DNA from: a virus
DNA: 64,000 nucleotides
Virus record (IMG/VR): IMGVR_UViG_3300026516_000178
Reading direction: 5' to 3' (one strand)
Part shown: positions 47,368-57,497 of the stretch, one piece after another
Layout of the letters: every line of letters begins with the position of its first letter
Numbering within the stretch: position 1 is the stretch's first letter
Position numbers and translations under genes: made by a program
Notes under the pieces: model-generated
Databases searched by the model: none
What the model saw: only the letters and a program-made list of their open reading frames with translations
Told to the model about the DNA's origin: nothing

Positions 47368-47534
47368 GGCTGCTGTGGGGTGGAGAGCCAGGTCGCTCTG
47401 CTTGTGCAATGTCCCGTGCTGATACTCCACGGTGAGGCGAAGGCAATCACCTTCCGGCAAAGCGTTTGGCGCTTGCAACCCCGCACAGACGGCGCTACCC
47501 GAGCAGCCCTCGCTGTCTCCACCCCACAGCAGCC
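47368..47534. ncRNA. Candidate structured RNA or miniature inverted-repeat element
   Basis: Perfect 19-bp inverted repeat enclosing 129 bp with internal hairpins; fills an intergenic gap. Confidence 0.4.
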
Positions 47535-47535
47535 T

Positions 47536-47769
47536 CTACTGCCTCGCGTGCTGAACCCGCCGAACGCGTTCCACAGACTCGGCGACTATCTGAACTTGCC
47601 CCAACAGGTCTTTGACCTCGCGCAGCGAACTTGCGCAACGGTTGGCTGTCCGGTGGTCGATACCGAAGCGGCCGTATCGGTTGTAGAAGAAGTCCAGTAG
47701 CGTCTCAGCCGCGGTCTGAGCATCGTCCAAAAGGCTTTCATCTACGTCGGTGTAGTACTTTGGTGCCAC
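47536..47769 (-). CDS. Hypothetical protein
   Basis: 77-aa ORF, co-oriented with the tail operon. Confidence 0.45.
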   Translation of the reverse strand: MAPKYYTDVDESLLDDAQTAAETLLDFFYNRYGRFGIDHRTANRCASSLREVKDLLGQVQIVAESVERVRRVQHARQ

Positions 47770-47771
47770 TG

Positions 47772-47996
47772 CTACTCTTCCTCAACCTTTCGTCTCAGCG
47801 CGATTCGCCTGTTGCTTACGTGCCGGTACATCGGCACGCCACGATCCAGTATGTAAGCGCCTTGCTCGTCGCGCATTCGCTGCACGTACTCCTGGGTTGT
47901 ATCGTCAGCCCAAGCAACATCGTGCAAAACCCTATCTGTTTCCTGATCGACTACTTCCCAACACGAAGCATCGCTACAATTGACTGATACTCTCAT
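47772..47996 (-). CDS. Hypothetical protein
   Basis: 74-aa ORF, ATGA overlap with the tape measure stop. Confidence 0.5.
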   Translation of the reverse strand: MRVSVNCSDASCWEVVDQETDRVLHDVAWADDTTQEYVQRMRDEQGAYILDRGVPMYRHVSNRRIALRRKVEEE

Positions 47997-50900
47997 CGCC
48001 AGCTATCCCTTCTCTGAATCTCCTGCACCACCGGCCGCAGCCGTTCAGGCTTTACCAGCGCGCTCATGATCACCTCGCCATCCAGCACGAAGTTGACCAC
48101 CACCGGTTGGGTGTTGACCGGCGCCAGTTCACGGGCAATGCCCACCTCGTTTACAGCAGGCTGAGTGTGCCACACGGGTTGAGCGCTTCTGGGACCCGCT
48201 GGCTCGGGCGGGGTGATAGCGCCGCCGTTTGCACCTTCGGTCGGCGGGGTTGGCGGCGCCGGCGGCCCCGCGCGCACGGCGTTGAAGAACTCGATCCACT
48301 TGTCGAGCACGCCGCCTTCCTTGATACCCTTGAGACCGTCGGCGAACTTCTGCTCGGCGTCGCGGATGGTCTCGGCGTTGGCCAGTTGAGCAGCCTGATA
48401 GGCCAGCTCGGCATCGCGCGCGGCTTTGCGCAGCTTCTCCAGCTTCTCGTCGTCCACCATCTGCGCCTGGGCCTGCTCATACTGCGCCTTGAAGCGCTCG
48501 TCCTCCAGCTGGTTGAGCTTCTCCTGCAGCACCGCATTGGTATTCAACCGCGCCTCCTGGGCGGCCAACTGCGCTTCCTGCAATGCCAACTGCGAGCTTT
48601 GCAGGTTGAGGCGCTGCTCCTGCAGGTCGAAGCGCTGCATCTGGAGGGCATGCAACTTTTGCTCGAAGGAGACCGCAGCTTCGTAGCGCTGATCTTGGTA
48701 GCGCTGCACCTCGAGCTCGCGGTCTCTGCTGCGGCCCTGGTCGTCCTGTTCCCACCCCTGGGTGATCTGCGTGCGCTCGATCTGGCGCTCGATCTCCACT
48801 CGCTGCCGGCCGGTGGCGTAGCGCCGCGCTCGCTGCAAGTCCTCCATGGCCCAGGCTTGCGTGATGCCGGTACGCTCCACCTTGATGGCGTAGTCCTCAG
48901 CCGACCACTCGTATTGGCGCAGCTGCATCCCGCGCTGGGCCTGCTGTTCTTGCAGCTTGTACTCCCGCTGGACGGCATACTGCTGCCTGGACAGCGCCAG
49001 CTCCTGCCGGCTGATCTCAAGACCCTGGCGGGCAAGCTCCAAGCCTTGCCGCGAGAACTCAATGCTCTGCCGTTGCTGGGCCAGGCTCTCCTGCCACATC
49101 TGGCGGCGGATGGCCGACTCCTGCTGGGCAAAGCCGATGGTCGATCCACCTACCTGCATCCCGGAACCCGGTTCCGCGGCCGCGCTGCCGCCCTCGGGGA
49201 ACATAGCCGCCTGGACAGCCTCCAGCGGCTGGAAAGGTCCGCTGCCCCAGTTCAGCCGGGACATGGCCATCTGGCGCTCGAACTGGCGGCTCTGGGCCGC
49301 GTTGGCCGCCGAGGCGTAGCCCAGACCGGCGTAGGATGCGCTCATCTGCATGTCGAAGAGCGGCGCGAAATTGGTCCCAGCCAGCCTGCCGGCCGTCGCC
49401 GTCCAGGGCGTGTACTGGCCATACGGCCGGCCCAGACTGTCAGTCAGCGACCCAGGGCCGAAGCCCAGCTGCGCGCTGTAGCCCCAGGGCGTGGAACCGG
49501 TGGCCGCCTCCATCGCCTGATTGAACTGGTAGAGCGAGAGGCCAGCAGGATCGTTGTAGTAGCTGTCGAACGCGCCCTTGATGCCGGGAACCAGACCCGC
49601 CATCTGGTTTGCGTTCATGTACTGGAACATGCTGGGGCTGAGCACGCCGGACAGCGCTCTGACCTCTTTGCCAGTCATGCCGGGGATGCTGCCAGCCCCG
49701 CCAGCGAACAACGTGTCGATCAGCTGCGCGCCGGCCGAGCCCAGCCCCAAGCCCATGCTGGCGCCGATGCCCAACATGCCAGCGCCTGCGCGCGTGCTCA
49801 TCAGCGCCTGCGGGATGGTCATGCGCTGCAGCATGGTCCCCACGTCGACCAACTGCTGCTGGCTATACCCTTCCGGATAGACATCGTTCAGGATGCCGGC
49901 GGCCTGGGTGTAGCGGATGCGATCCTGGCCGCTGAGGCTGAAGGCAGTCTCGAACTGCTGGGCCTGCTGGCTGGCCGGCAGGAAGGCCTGCGGCGCAATG
50001 CCGGCCACACCGGACTGCGCGGCCATGAACCAGCGCTGCTCGGCCGCACTTCTGCCTTCCATGCCTGCGCCCAAGGCCTGCGCAACCAGATCCCTGAACC
50101 CTGCGCCGTCCTTGCCCGCCTCCAAAGAGACCGACTCGGCCTGCACCACCAGGTTGGAGACGCGCGTCACGTCGTTGGGGAAGCCAATGCCCAACGCCAT
50201 CGAGAACAGCGCGGACTCGCGCGACGACAATCCCATGCGCCCCATAGACGAGCCGAGCGTGCCGCCGTAGCGCTGGATCGTCTCCTGCTGGGCCACAGGC
50301 ATGGCCGTGAACATCCGGCCAAGGCTCCTGGCCTCAGCCCCCTCCTGTTCCAGCCCAAACGTGCCGGTGAACCAGCCCACGCCCTGCTGGCCCATCACCA
50401 TGCTGGCCGCGCGCTGCATGGAGCCTGTTGACTGGGCCAAAGCAACGGCTTGCGTCGCCTGGTCAAAGGTCGTCGGCCTCATGGTAGCGGACGCCAGCGG
50501 AGACAGGCTCTGGAACGCTTGCTCATACATTTGGCGCTGCTGGCCAGGCACCAGATTGGCGAACTGCACCATCCAGGCTTCTGTCTGCGGGCCAAGCGGC
50601 ACACCCGCGGCTCCGGCCGCGCTGACCTGGCTGCTGAACAGCTCGCTGGGACTGGCCCCGCCCTCCATGTATTGGACGTAGCGATCCATCAGCGCCTTGA
50701 AGTTGGCTCCTGGACCTACGTGCAGATTGGGCGCGGCATAGACATCCTGTGCGGTGCGGCCGGTGATCTGGAACAAGCTGCCCATCAGCTGCAATGCGCT
50801 GTCCACCGGAACGCGGTTCTCGTAGGTGTCGGCGATCCAGCCGCGCAGTTTGTCGGCGTCATGCATCAGCGTGCCAGGACGGTAAGCTGCGCTCTCGGCA

Positions 50901-53900
50901 GCCATCTGCCGCATGGCTTCGGTCTCGTTGCCAAAGCCGGCGCCGTACTCGACGCCCAAGGCCCCTTCGATGGCGCCGGCCATGCGCGAGGCCCAGCGCA
51001 CAACGCCGGGATCGTCAGCAGCGGCCAGCTCCGACATACGCGCCCGGGCGCGCCACCGTTGGGAATAGCTGCCGTCGTCGTAGCGCACCCACTCGGGCGC
51101 TTCGCCGGCTACGTAGGCGCTGGTCAACGCCAGGCCGGTGAGGCCGGTCAAGCCCATACCGATGGGGCCGGCCGCGCGCGTGATCCCAGGACTTTCGAGA
51201 CCCCGTCCCACCATCTGAATACCCATGGCCGACACTGAGCCGACGCCCAACGGCGTGCCGAGCATGGTCAGGAACGAACCCATGCCGGGACTGGCGTTGA
51301 AGCCGGCCATTCCGGCCATCAGCGGCGCATACACCTGGGTTGCGCCCTCGCCCATCTGCGCGCGGGCGTTGGCCATGGCGGCCTGAGCGGACAGATAGTT
51401 GGACGACATGCCTGCTGCGCCAGGCGCGACGCCGCCGGCCAGAGCGGCTCCCACCGCCGATGTCTCCGTGCGCAAGAAGTCGTCCATCCAGCCGCGCTGG
51501 GCGCCGGTGGCCAGGTTCCAGGCCATCCGCGCGCGGAAGGCTGTCCACCCCAAAGTCAGCTCGGTGAACATGTTCTCGATGGCCGGCGCGCCGTCAGGAC
51601 CGCCAGCGCCGCCGCGGCCGAACAGCCGGCTCCAGACACCGCGGATGCCACCGCCGCCGCCGCCCTGGCCGGCCAGCTGCGCCAGTCCCCGAAACTCCTG
51701 CTGCCCCAGCATCTCGTCGATGTTGTCGGCCATAGCGCCCGCGCCGGGCGTTCCGATGCGGCGGTACAGCTCAGAGATATTGCCGAGTCGGCGCACGTCC
51801 TCCTGCCGTAACGTCTCACCCGCCCCGACGCGGCTTTGGACATTGCCGAGATAGGTGTTGATACCCATCATCTGCTGCTGGGCCTCCGGCGTTCTCAGGA
51901 ACTGCTCGCGCCAGCCGATCTCCTGCCGGCCTTGCTCGACGCGTTCCTCGGTGACTTCTGTCAGCCGGGTCATGGTCTCGTTGAGCCTGTCCATCCGGTC
52001 AAGCATGGCATCGGGCACGTCCTCACCCAAGGCGCCGCTCACCCGTTGGGCATCCTCCCACAGCCGCCATGCGCCCTTCATGTCCATGCGGCCGAAGTCG
52101 GCATCGACGAGGTTGCGCACGCTGCGGATCATGCCCTGGCCAATGCCCGAGTGGCGATATCCTTGCGCCATCATGTCCATCACCTGAGGCGTGTAACCCT
52201 CGGTCAGTCCACCCTGAACCATATCAGCCAACAGCTCTCTGGCGTGGCCCTTGAGCCCTTGGGGCTTCAGCTTGAGCCGTGTCTGCATATTGCTCGTCCC
52301 GCGCATCGTTTGCCAGACTTCCATCTCGTCGCCGTAGCCCATAAGCTGCTGGAAGATGGGCATGAGCGATGGCAGCGACTGTACGTCGAACTCGCTTTTC
52401 TCCCGCACAGTGGTCATGAACTGGTTGGTCAGATGTCCCAAAAAGGTTTCAGGATCGGGCATGACGCCGCCCAGCGCCCGGCCCACCATGCTCTCGAACT
52501 GGGCATACTGTTCCTCACTCAACTCGGGCATCGAGAAGACCTTGCCGCGTCGGCCTCTGTTCAGGCTGCCATAGCTGTGCGACCATACCGGCTTCGGACC
52601 ATCCGGCGCGTCTTCCATCTGGTGCCTGAAGCCCACCCCGAACTGGCCCATGATCTTGCCCCACTCGGCCATGGCCTGCTCACCGCCGCCGCGGGCGATG
52701 ATCTCGTTGACCGCGCGCCGGGTTAGCCGGTCGCCGGGGATCAGCGGATCGCCCTGCTGGCGGTTGGCCTTGTAGGTGCGGATGGACTCGACGGCAGCAT
52801 TGAAGGCAGAATGACCGCCGAATTCCTCGTAGACCTGGTGGGCAATGGAAGCATCACCCACCGCCGCAGGCGGGACGGTTCCAAATTGCGACAGCCGAGC
52901 ATGCGCCTCTTGCGGCGTCATCGCGTCCACCTCTGTTCGGCTCAGTCCCAAATCATAGAGCTGCTGGCGCATGTCGCGCGTGATCATCACAGGAATGCTT
53001 GCCCCTGCTGCAGGCGCACCGCCTGGCTGCTGCTTGCTGCGCCAATGGGCCATGATCTCGGGCCACTGGCTCTTGGGAACGGTGCGCAGGTACTTCATCA
53101 ACTCCGCTTCGCTCTTGTTGATGATGGCCAGCATGTGCTCGTCGTTGCCGGCGGTCTGCGGGTTGTCGAAGTCGGGAACGCCCATCTCCCGCAGCATCTT
53201 GCGCATCTCGTCGTCGGAGGAGAAGAACGCCTCCGGCAAACCCATGCGCTCGGCCGCCATGCCGCGCCACCAACCCACGCTGCTCAAGCCGGCCATGGTG
53301 CGCATATCCTCAATAGCGCCGGGCATGGCGATCTCCTGGCCTTTGGCGTCCTTCTTCTGATACAGCCCCAGCGGCAGGCCCTCTTTCTCCCCTCGCCCCA
53401 GCACCCGGATCATCGAACGCAGGCGCTGGCCCTGGGCGGCGTAAGCCTCTTGCGCCGGGTTCAGGTTCACATCCTGCATGCTACCCTTGGAGAAGTGCAG
53501 GGCCTGCACCATTTGCGGCAAGATGCCGGCGCGCGCAGGATCTTCCAGGAACGCCCGCGCGCCTGGGACCTCGCCCCGGTTGCCGCTGATGGCCTGGATG
53601 ATCTGGCGCGCGCTGCCTGTCTGGACAGCTTCTTGAATTGCAGGATCCCGGCTGAACAGCAGGGCGCGCACCGAGGGGGGCGCATCCACCGTGGTGATGG
53701 CGTCAGCCAACAGGCCAACCATCCCGGCCGAGCCGCCGGCGAAGGCCGCCGAGATGTAACCCTCTTCCTTGTAGAACTTGTCGAACATGGCCCCGGACGC
53801 ACCGATGCTCTCCATCATGTTGAACAGCATCAGCTCGCCACGCGTCATCTCTTGGCCGTCCAGAGCCTTCTGGTAGACATTGGCGGCGAAGGTGACGGCG

Positions 53901-56900
53901 GCCTGCAACTCTTCTGGCGAACCGGCCATGGCCGTCAGGCCGCGAATGTAGCGGTTGTAGCCGCGGCCCATCAGCATCTTGCTCTTGGCGTCAGCCTGGA
54001 ACTTGCCCAAGATCTCCTCGCGCGTGAAGACCGTCTTTTCCTTCCGATCCTTGGTAGCGTCGGCATACCAGGCAAACGCCTGCGGCAAGTTCTTGCCAGG
54101 ATTGACCTTGAGTTCGTCCGACCACTTGCGGCTCTCGTTCCAGTCCACGTCGATGCCGTGCAGGGCCTCGGACAGCGCCAGCAGCGCCTCAGGGGACGTG
54201 TCGCCGCGCAGGCCGGTGGCCAGGTTGAGCATCCCCTCGCCGCCGAGCCTGCTCATGTAGTCCTGGTAGGCGTCAGGCGCATGGGCGCGCAGCGCGCCCA
54301 ACTGGCGCACCATCAGCGACTCTCTCCCCGCCAGCTCGCGCACCGATTTAGGCGTGCGGAAGGAAACCGATCCCGGTTGCCACAGCCTGGACACCTCCCC
54401 CGTTGGGCCAATCTCGTCGACGAAGCCGCCAACGTCATCGAACCTGGCGCGCGTGACCGCGTGCAAGAGCGCCCGGTCGGCGTCCACGTCGCCGCGCCAG
54501 ATGGCCGCCACAGTGGGCGAGACGGCATAGCTGCGGCCCAGGTTCTCGATCGGCACGCCATACTGCTCCTGCGCCATGCGCTCGGTGACGACGCGCATGG
54601 GCACGCCCAACTGGTTGAACATATCCGAGACCGGCCGGCGGGTGCCCAGCACGTAGAAGGGACTGTCGCCGCCCTCCAACTGCTGGATGAAAGCGTCCAG
54701 CTTGCGGGCAGCCTCCGGGTCCTTGCGGCTGATCCCGGCCAACCGGCGCAGCGTCGCCTCGCCGGCCACCACCACATCATCGGGGATGGCCATGTGCGAG
54801 GTGAAGGTGCCCTCGGCAGCGTACTTGAGGCGCGCGCCCAGCGCGTCCCGGCGCACGTTGTGGCCGGCCACGAAGCCTTGCATCTTCTCCTGGAAGGCGG
54901 CCAGCGCCTCGGTAGCGTCCTGGCCTGTGCCCATCAGCTTTAGCGCCTGGACGTAGGAGGAGACGAACTGGCTCTGCTCCTGCCCTGACAGGCTCTTGAT
55001 CGAGTTGCTCAGCACGTCGGCCGGCGCGGGCAGCAGGCTGCCATCGGGTGCGATGATGGCCGATCGGCCCATCTTTGCACTTCTCAGCTCGCGCGCCAGG
55101 TTGCTGACCAATGTTCTGGCCGTGCCCTCGTCGTCGAAGGAGCCGTCGATGCCCAGACGCGCGGACACCCAGGGCAGCATCTCATGGGAGATCGCCCCGG
55201 CCGGCACAACCCCCTCGCTCATGGCTGCGGCGACGCCCCAGATGCGCGAGGCCGCATTGCCGCGCATCAAGCCCTTGGCGACGCCGGGCAGGATCATCCC
55301 GACCTGCATCAACTCCTCCGGCGAATACTTGGGCCGCTTGCCGGGATATTCCATGCGGATGCCAGCCGAGATGGGCAGGGCATAGCCGGTGTGGGTGGCG
55401 GTGAAGCGAGCATACTGCTCGCCGCCCTTCTCTAAGTAGGCGATGTCCCTGGCGTTGCCGACGCGCGTGAACGCGCCCAGGCGCGACACCGGGACTTCGT
55501 GCCGCTCGTCGAAGGTGAAGCGGTGCTGCTCGGCATACCAGTGCAGCTTGTCCACCACCCCAGGGCCGACCCGTTGCCAGTTCTTGCTCTTGATCACGTC
55601 GTCGGCAACGCCCATGCTGCGCAAGGTCTCCTCGGGAAGAAGATCGAACATGCCCCGGTAGGTTTGCAGCCAGTCCTTGGGCATGGGCAAGACCATGCGC
55701 GGATCGGCAACACCGCCAGGCAAACGACCAGCGCCAACGGCGGCGCGCACCTGCCCCTGCATCTGCTCGATGATCTCCGAGGACTGGAAGAGGAGCGCCT
55801 TCATGCCGTGGTGCATCAGCTTGGCTGTGCCGCTCTCGAAAGGAAAGTCGCGTTCGATCAGCGCCTGATACCCCGACTTGGTCTTGCGGTGGCCAAACAC
55901 GCTCTGGGACACGCCCTCGATCCCTTTGAGTTCTTCCAATGGCTCCCACTTGCCGCCGATGTACTGCTCGCCCAGGAAGATGCTCTCGCCAGCCGAAGCG
56001 CGTTGGCCCACCGTGGTGAAGCGCACCTGCCAGTCGTCGCCCGCGCGCATGGGTCGCTCGATGGTGACGGGGCGGTAGTCGCGAAAGCCTGTGACCAGGG
56101 TGGGATCGACCACGCCAGAGCCTTCGGAGAAGGGATAGTTGTCGAGGAAGACCGCCGTGGTGTTGAGCAGCCGGTCGCCGGTCAGCCGGCCGCGGCGCAG
56201 CAGCGCATCTGCCCCCACGGGCGCAGCCAGCTTCTGGACACCCAACTGCCGGCGCTTGGCCGGCTTGTTGGAACCGGTGATGAAGCCGCCGTCAGCCGTG
56301 CGGAACCAACCCAGGGCGTAGAGGCTGTCCAGGTGGTAGGCTTGCCATGCGCCGCGCTCAGGGTGTTCCGGATCCTCCGAGGGCGATGTGGCCTTGGTGA
56401 AGTAGCCGAGCTTGCCCAGCTCGCCGAACAGGTCCTTGGGGCCGACGCCGTAGTCGCCGTGCAAGCGGATGTTGGCGCTGTACTCGATGGCCTTGCGCAG
56501 ACCATAAGGGTAGCTCCAGCGCTCGCCGAAGTCCGCGCGGCCAAAGGCCTGGGTTTGCGTTCGCACCGACTGGCGCGCGACGCGCTCAGCCAGCAGGCCG
56601 GCCTCACCCACGGACATGCCCGCAGCCACCAGCTTCTCCAGCTCGGCCTTGCCTCGCTCCGCGGCCCGCTGCATGATCTGGCCAACCGTGGCCCGGCCGG
56701 AGACCAGGCCTGAACTGACGCGCTGGTAGGGATCGTGCAAAGGGCGGCCCTGCTCGTCATACTCCTGCTCCCGCTGGCGGGTGAAGATGTCGATGGTGGG
56801 AGAGATGATGGCCCCGCCCAGGATCGGGAAGGGGTCCTTCAGGCCATACTCCCAACCCCAGGAACTCAAGCCGACGCGCGAGCGCGGCTGGTAGTCGCCC

Positions 56901-57187
56901 CATCTGGTCCACTCCAGCCCGGCCGGCGCGTAGTCCGCGCCGAAGCCGCTGGGGGCGATGGCCTCCGCGTAGCCTTGCAGGTTTTCCTTGCTGAGCACGG
57001 TCGCCATGAGCTGCATTTCGGCGCGATAGGCGTTGCGCTCAGGCAGGGTGGGCGTGAACCAGGGGTCAGGATCGCGCGGCCGCCAGATCGAGAGCGAGGC
57101 AGGATCACCAAACGGGTCATCCTCCCACATCTGCTCGTCAAAGAGCGGCTCGTCATCGTAACCCCAGGGACTTCCTGAGAAGGGCAT
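47993..57187 (-). CDS. Tape measure protein with N-terminal two-barrel (double-psi beta-barrel) RNA polymerase: putative virion RNA polymerase fusion
   Basis: Directly follows the frameshifted chaperones; FSEGSG (E355), KLMHHGMK (K456/K463), TRRP (R850), WRGDVDAD (D900/902/904); Ala/Gly-rich helical and Q/E/R coiled-coil C-terminal half ending VNFVLDGEVI. Confidence 0.8.
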   Translation of the reverse strand: MPFSGSPWGYDDEPLFDEQMWEDDPFGDPASLSIWRPRDPDPWFTPTLPERNAYRAEMQLMATVLSKENLQGYAEAIAPSGFGADYAPAGLEWTRWGDYQPRSRVGLSSWGWEYGLKDPFPILGGAIISPTIDIFTRQREQEYDEQGRPLHDPYQRVSSGLVSGRATVGQIMQRAAERGKAELEKLVAAGMSVGEAGLLAERVARQSVRTQTQAFGRADFGERWSYPYGLRKAIEYSANIRLHGDYGVGPKDLFGELGKLGYFTKATSPSEDPEHPERGAWQAYHLDSLYALGWFRTADGGFITGSNKPAKRRQLGVQKLAAPVGADALLRRGRLTGDRLLNTTAVFLDNYPFSEGSGVVDPTLVTGFRDYRPVTIERPMRAGDDWQVRFTTVGQRASAGESIFLGEQYIGGKWEPLEELKGIEGVSQSVFGHRKTKSGYQALIERDFPFESGTAKLMHHGMKALLFQSSEIIEQMQGQVRAAVGAGRLPGGVADPRMVLPMPKDWLQTYRGMFDLLPEETLRSMGVADDVIKSKNWQRVGPGVVDKLHWYAEQHRFTFDERHEVPVSRLGAFTRVGNARDIAYLEKGGEQYARFTATHTGYALPISAGIRMEYPGKRPKYSPEELMQVGMILPGVAKGLMRGNAASRIWGVAAAMSEGVVPAGAISHEMLPWVSARLGIDGSFDDEGTARTLVSNLARELRSAKMGRSAIIAPDGSLLPAPADVLSNSIKSLSGQEQSQFVSSYVQALKLMGTGQDATEALAAFQEKMQGFVAGHNVRRDALGARLKYAAEGTFTSHMAIPDDVVVAGEATLRRLAGISRKDPEAARKLDAFIQQLEGGDSPFYVLGTRRPVSDMFNQLGVPMRVVTERMAQEQYGVPIENLGRSYAVSPTVAAIWRGDVDADRALLHAVTRARFDDVGGFVDEIGPTGEVSRLWQPGSVSFRTPKSVRELAGRESLMVRQLGALRAHAPDAYQDYMSRLGGEGMLNLATGLRGDTSPEALLALSEALHGIDVDWNESRKWSDELKVNPGKNLPQAFAWYADATKDRKEKTVFTREEILGKFQADAKSKMLMGRGYNRYIRGLTAMAGSPEELQAAVTFAANVYQKALDGQEMTRGELMLFNMMESIGASGAMFDKFYKEEGYISAAFAGGSAGMVGLLADAITTVDAPPSVRALLFSRDPAIQEAVQTGSARQIIQAISGNRGEVPGARAFLEDPARAGILPQMVQALHFSKGSMQDVNLNPAQEAYAAQGQRLRSMIRVLGRGEKEGLPLGLYQKKDAKGQEIAMPGAIEDMRTMAGLSSVGWWRGMAAERMGLPEAFFSSDDEMRKMLREMGVPDFDNPQTAGNDEHMLAIINKSEAELMKYLRTVPKSQWPEIMAHWRSKQQPGGAPAAGASIPVMITRDMRQQLYDLGLSRTEVDAMTPQEAHARLSQFGTVPPAAVGDASIAHQVYEEFGGHSAFNAAVESIRTYKANRQQGDPLIPGDRLTRRAVNEIIARGGGEQAMAEWGKIMGQFGVGFRHQMEDAPDGPKPVWSHSYGSLNRGRRGKVFSMPELSEEQYAQFESMVGRALGGVMPDPETFLGHLTNQFMTTVREKSEFDVQSLPSLMPIFQQLMGYGDEMEVWQTMRGTSNMQTRLKLKPQGLKGHARELLADMVQGGLTEGYTPQVMDMMAQGYRHSGIGQGMIRSVRNLVDADFGRMDMKGAWRLWEDAQRVSGALGEDVPDAMLDRMDRLNETMTRLTEVTEERVEQGRQEIGWREQFLRTPEAQQQMMGINTYLGNVQSRVGAGETLRQEDVRRLGNISELYRRIGTPGAGAMADNIDEMLGQQEFRGLAQLAGQGGGGGGIRGVWSRLFGRGGAGGPDGAPAIENMFTELTLGWTAFRARMAWNLATGAQRGWMDDFLRTETSAVGAALAGGVAPGAAGMSSNYLSAQAAMANARAQMGEGATQVYAPLMAGMAGFNASPGMGSFLTMLGTPLGVGSVSAMGIQMVGRGLESPGITRAAGPIGMGLTGLTGLALTSAYVAGEAPEWVRYDDGSYSQRWRARARMSELAAADDPGVVRWASRMAGAIEGALGVEYGAGFGNETEAMRQMAAESAAYRPGTLMHDADKLRGWIADTYENRVPVDSALQLMGSLFQITGRTAQDVYAAPNLHVGPGANFKALMDRYVQYMEGGASPSELFSSQVSAAGAAGVPLGPQTEAWMVQFANLVPGQQRQMYEQAFQSLSPLASATMRPTTFDQATQAVALAQSTGSMQRAASMVMGQQGVGWFTGTFGLEQEGAEARSLGRMFTAMPVAQQETIQRYGGTLGSSMGRMGLSSRESALFSMALGIGFPNDVTRVSNLVVQAESVSLEAGKDGAGFRDLVAQALGAGMEGRSAAEQRWFMAAQSGVAGIAPQAFLPASQQAQQFETAFSLSGQDRIRYTQAAGILNDVYPEGYSQQQLVDVGTMLQRMTIPQALMSTRAGAGMLGIGASMGLGLGSAGAQLIDTLFAGGAGSIPGMTGKEVRALSGVLSPSMFQYMNANQMAGLVPGIKGAFDSYYNDPAGLSLYQFNQAMEAATGSTPWGYSAQLGFGPGSLTDSLGRPYGQYTPWTATAGRLAGTNFAPLFDMQMSASYAGLGYASAANAAQSRQFERQMAMSRLNWGSGPFQPLEAVQAAMFPEGGSAAAEPGSGMQVGGSTIGFAQQESAIRRQMWQESLAQQRQSIEFSRQGLELARQGLEISRQELALSRQQYAVQREYKLQEQQAQRGMQLRQYEWSAEDYAIKVERTGITQAWAMEDLQRARRYATGRQRVEIERQIERTQITQGWEQDDQGRSRDRELEVQRYQDQRYEAAVSFEQKLHALQMQRFDLQEQRLNLQSSQLALQEAQLAAQEARLNTNAVLQEKLNQLEDERFKAQYEQAQAQMVDDEKLEKLRKAARDAELAYQAAQLANAETIRDAEQKFADGLKGIKEGGVLDKWIEFFNAVRAGPPAPPTPPTEGANGGAITPPEPAGPRSAQPVWHTQPAVNEVGIARELAPVNTQPVVVNFVLDGEVIMSALVKPERLRPVVQEIQRRDSWR
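49162..49176. repeat. Empty 15-bp palindrome CGGAACCCGGTTCCG (intragenic)
   Basis: Exact match to the repeat arms. Confidence 0.75.
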
Positions 57188-57497
57188 CGGTCATCTCCAC
57201 GTTGCTCTGCTGCTCGCGGCGTTCAGACAGCCACGCCTCGTAAGCCTCACCAGCAGCCATGACGGACTGCCAGGCCTCCACCGGCTGGTCGAGCAGTCCC
57301 CCCTCGACCAAAAGACAACTGAACCGTTTACACTGCATGTAGAGCGATAGCCAGGCGGGCTGGACGGGCCGCTTGGGCCGGATCTCCTCCGGGAACTCGT
57401 CCACCTCGTCGCCGAACCGCTCGGCGGCGCTGTGATACTCCGCGTATCCGTCCAGATACTCCCGCGTCTCGCTGGCTATGCGCCGGAGTCTTCCCCC
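57153..57497 (-). CDS. Tail assembly chaperone GT extension (-1 frame)
   Basis: The -1 frame is open from the slippery site through IASETREY...VEGGLLDQP; GG..DQP motif. Confidence 0.7.
   Translation of the reverse strand, partial: GGRLRRIASETREYLDGYAEYHSAAERFGDEVDEFPEEIRPKRPVQPAWLSLYMQCKRFSCLLVEGGLLDQPVEAWQSVMAAGEAYEAWLSERREQQSNVEMTDALLRKSLGLR

Noticed and set aside
46945..47478. Extended N-terminus of the hub ORF given by the ORF track
   Set aside because: Overlaps the better-supported 46944-47351 gene; the TGATG-coupled start at 46944 is more plausible
47400..47490. tRNA gene inside the inverted-repeat element
   Set aside because: Branched fold but no T-loop TTCRA or D-loop consensus on either strand
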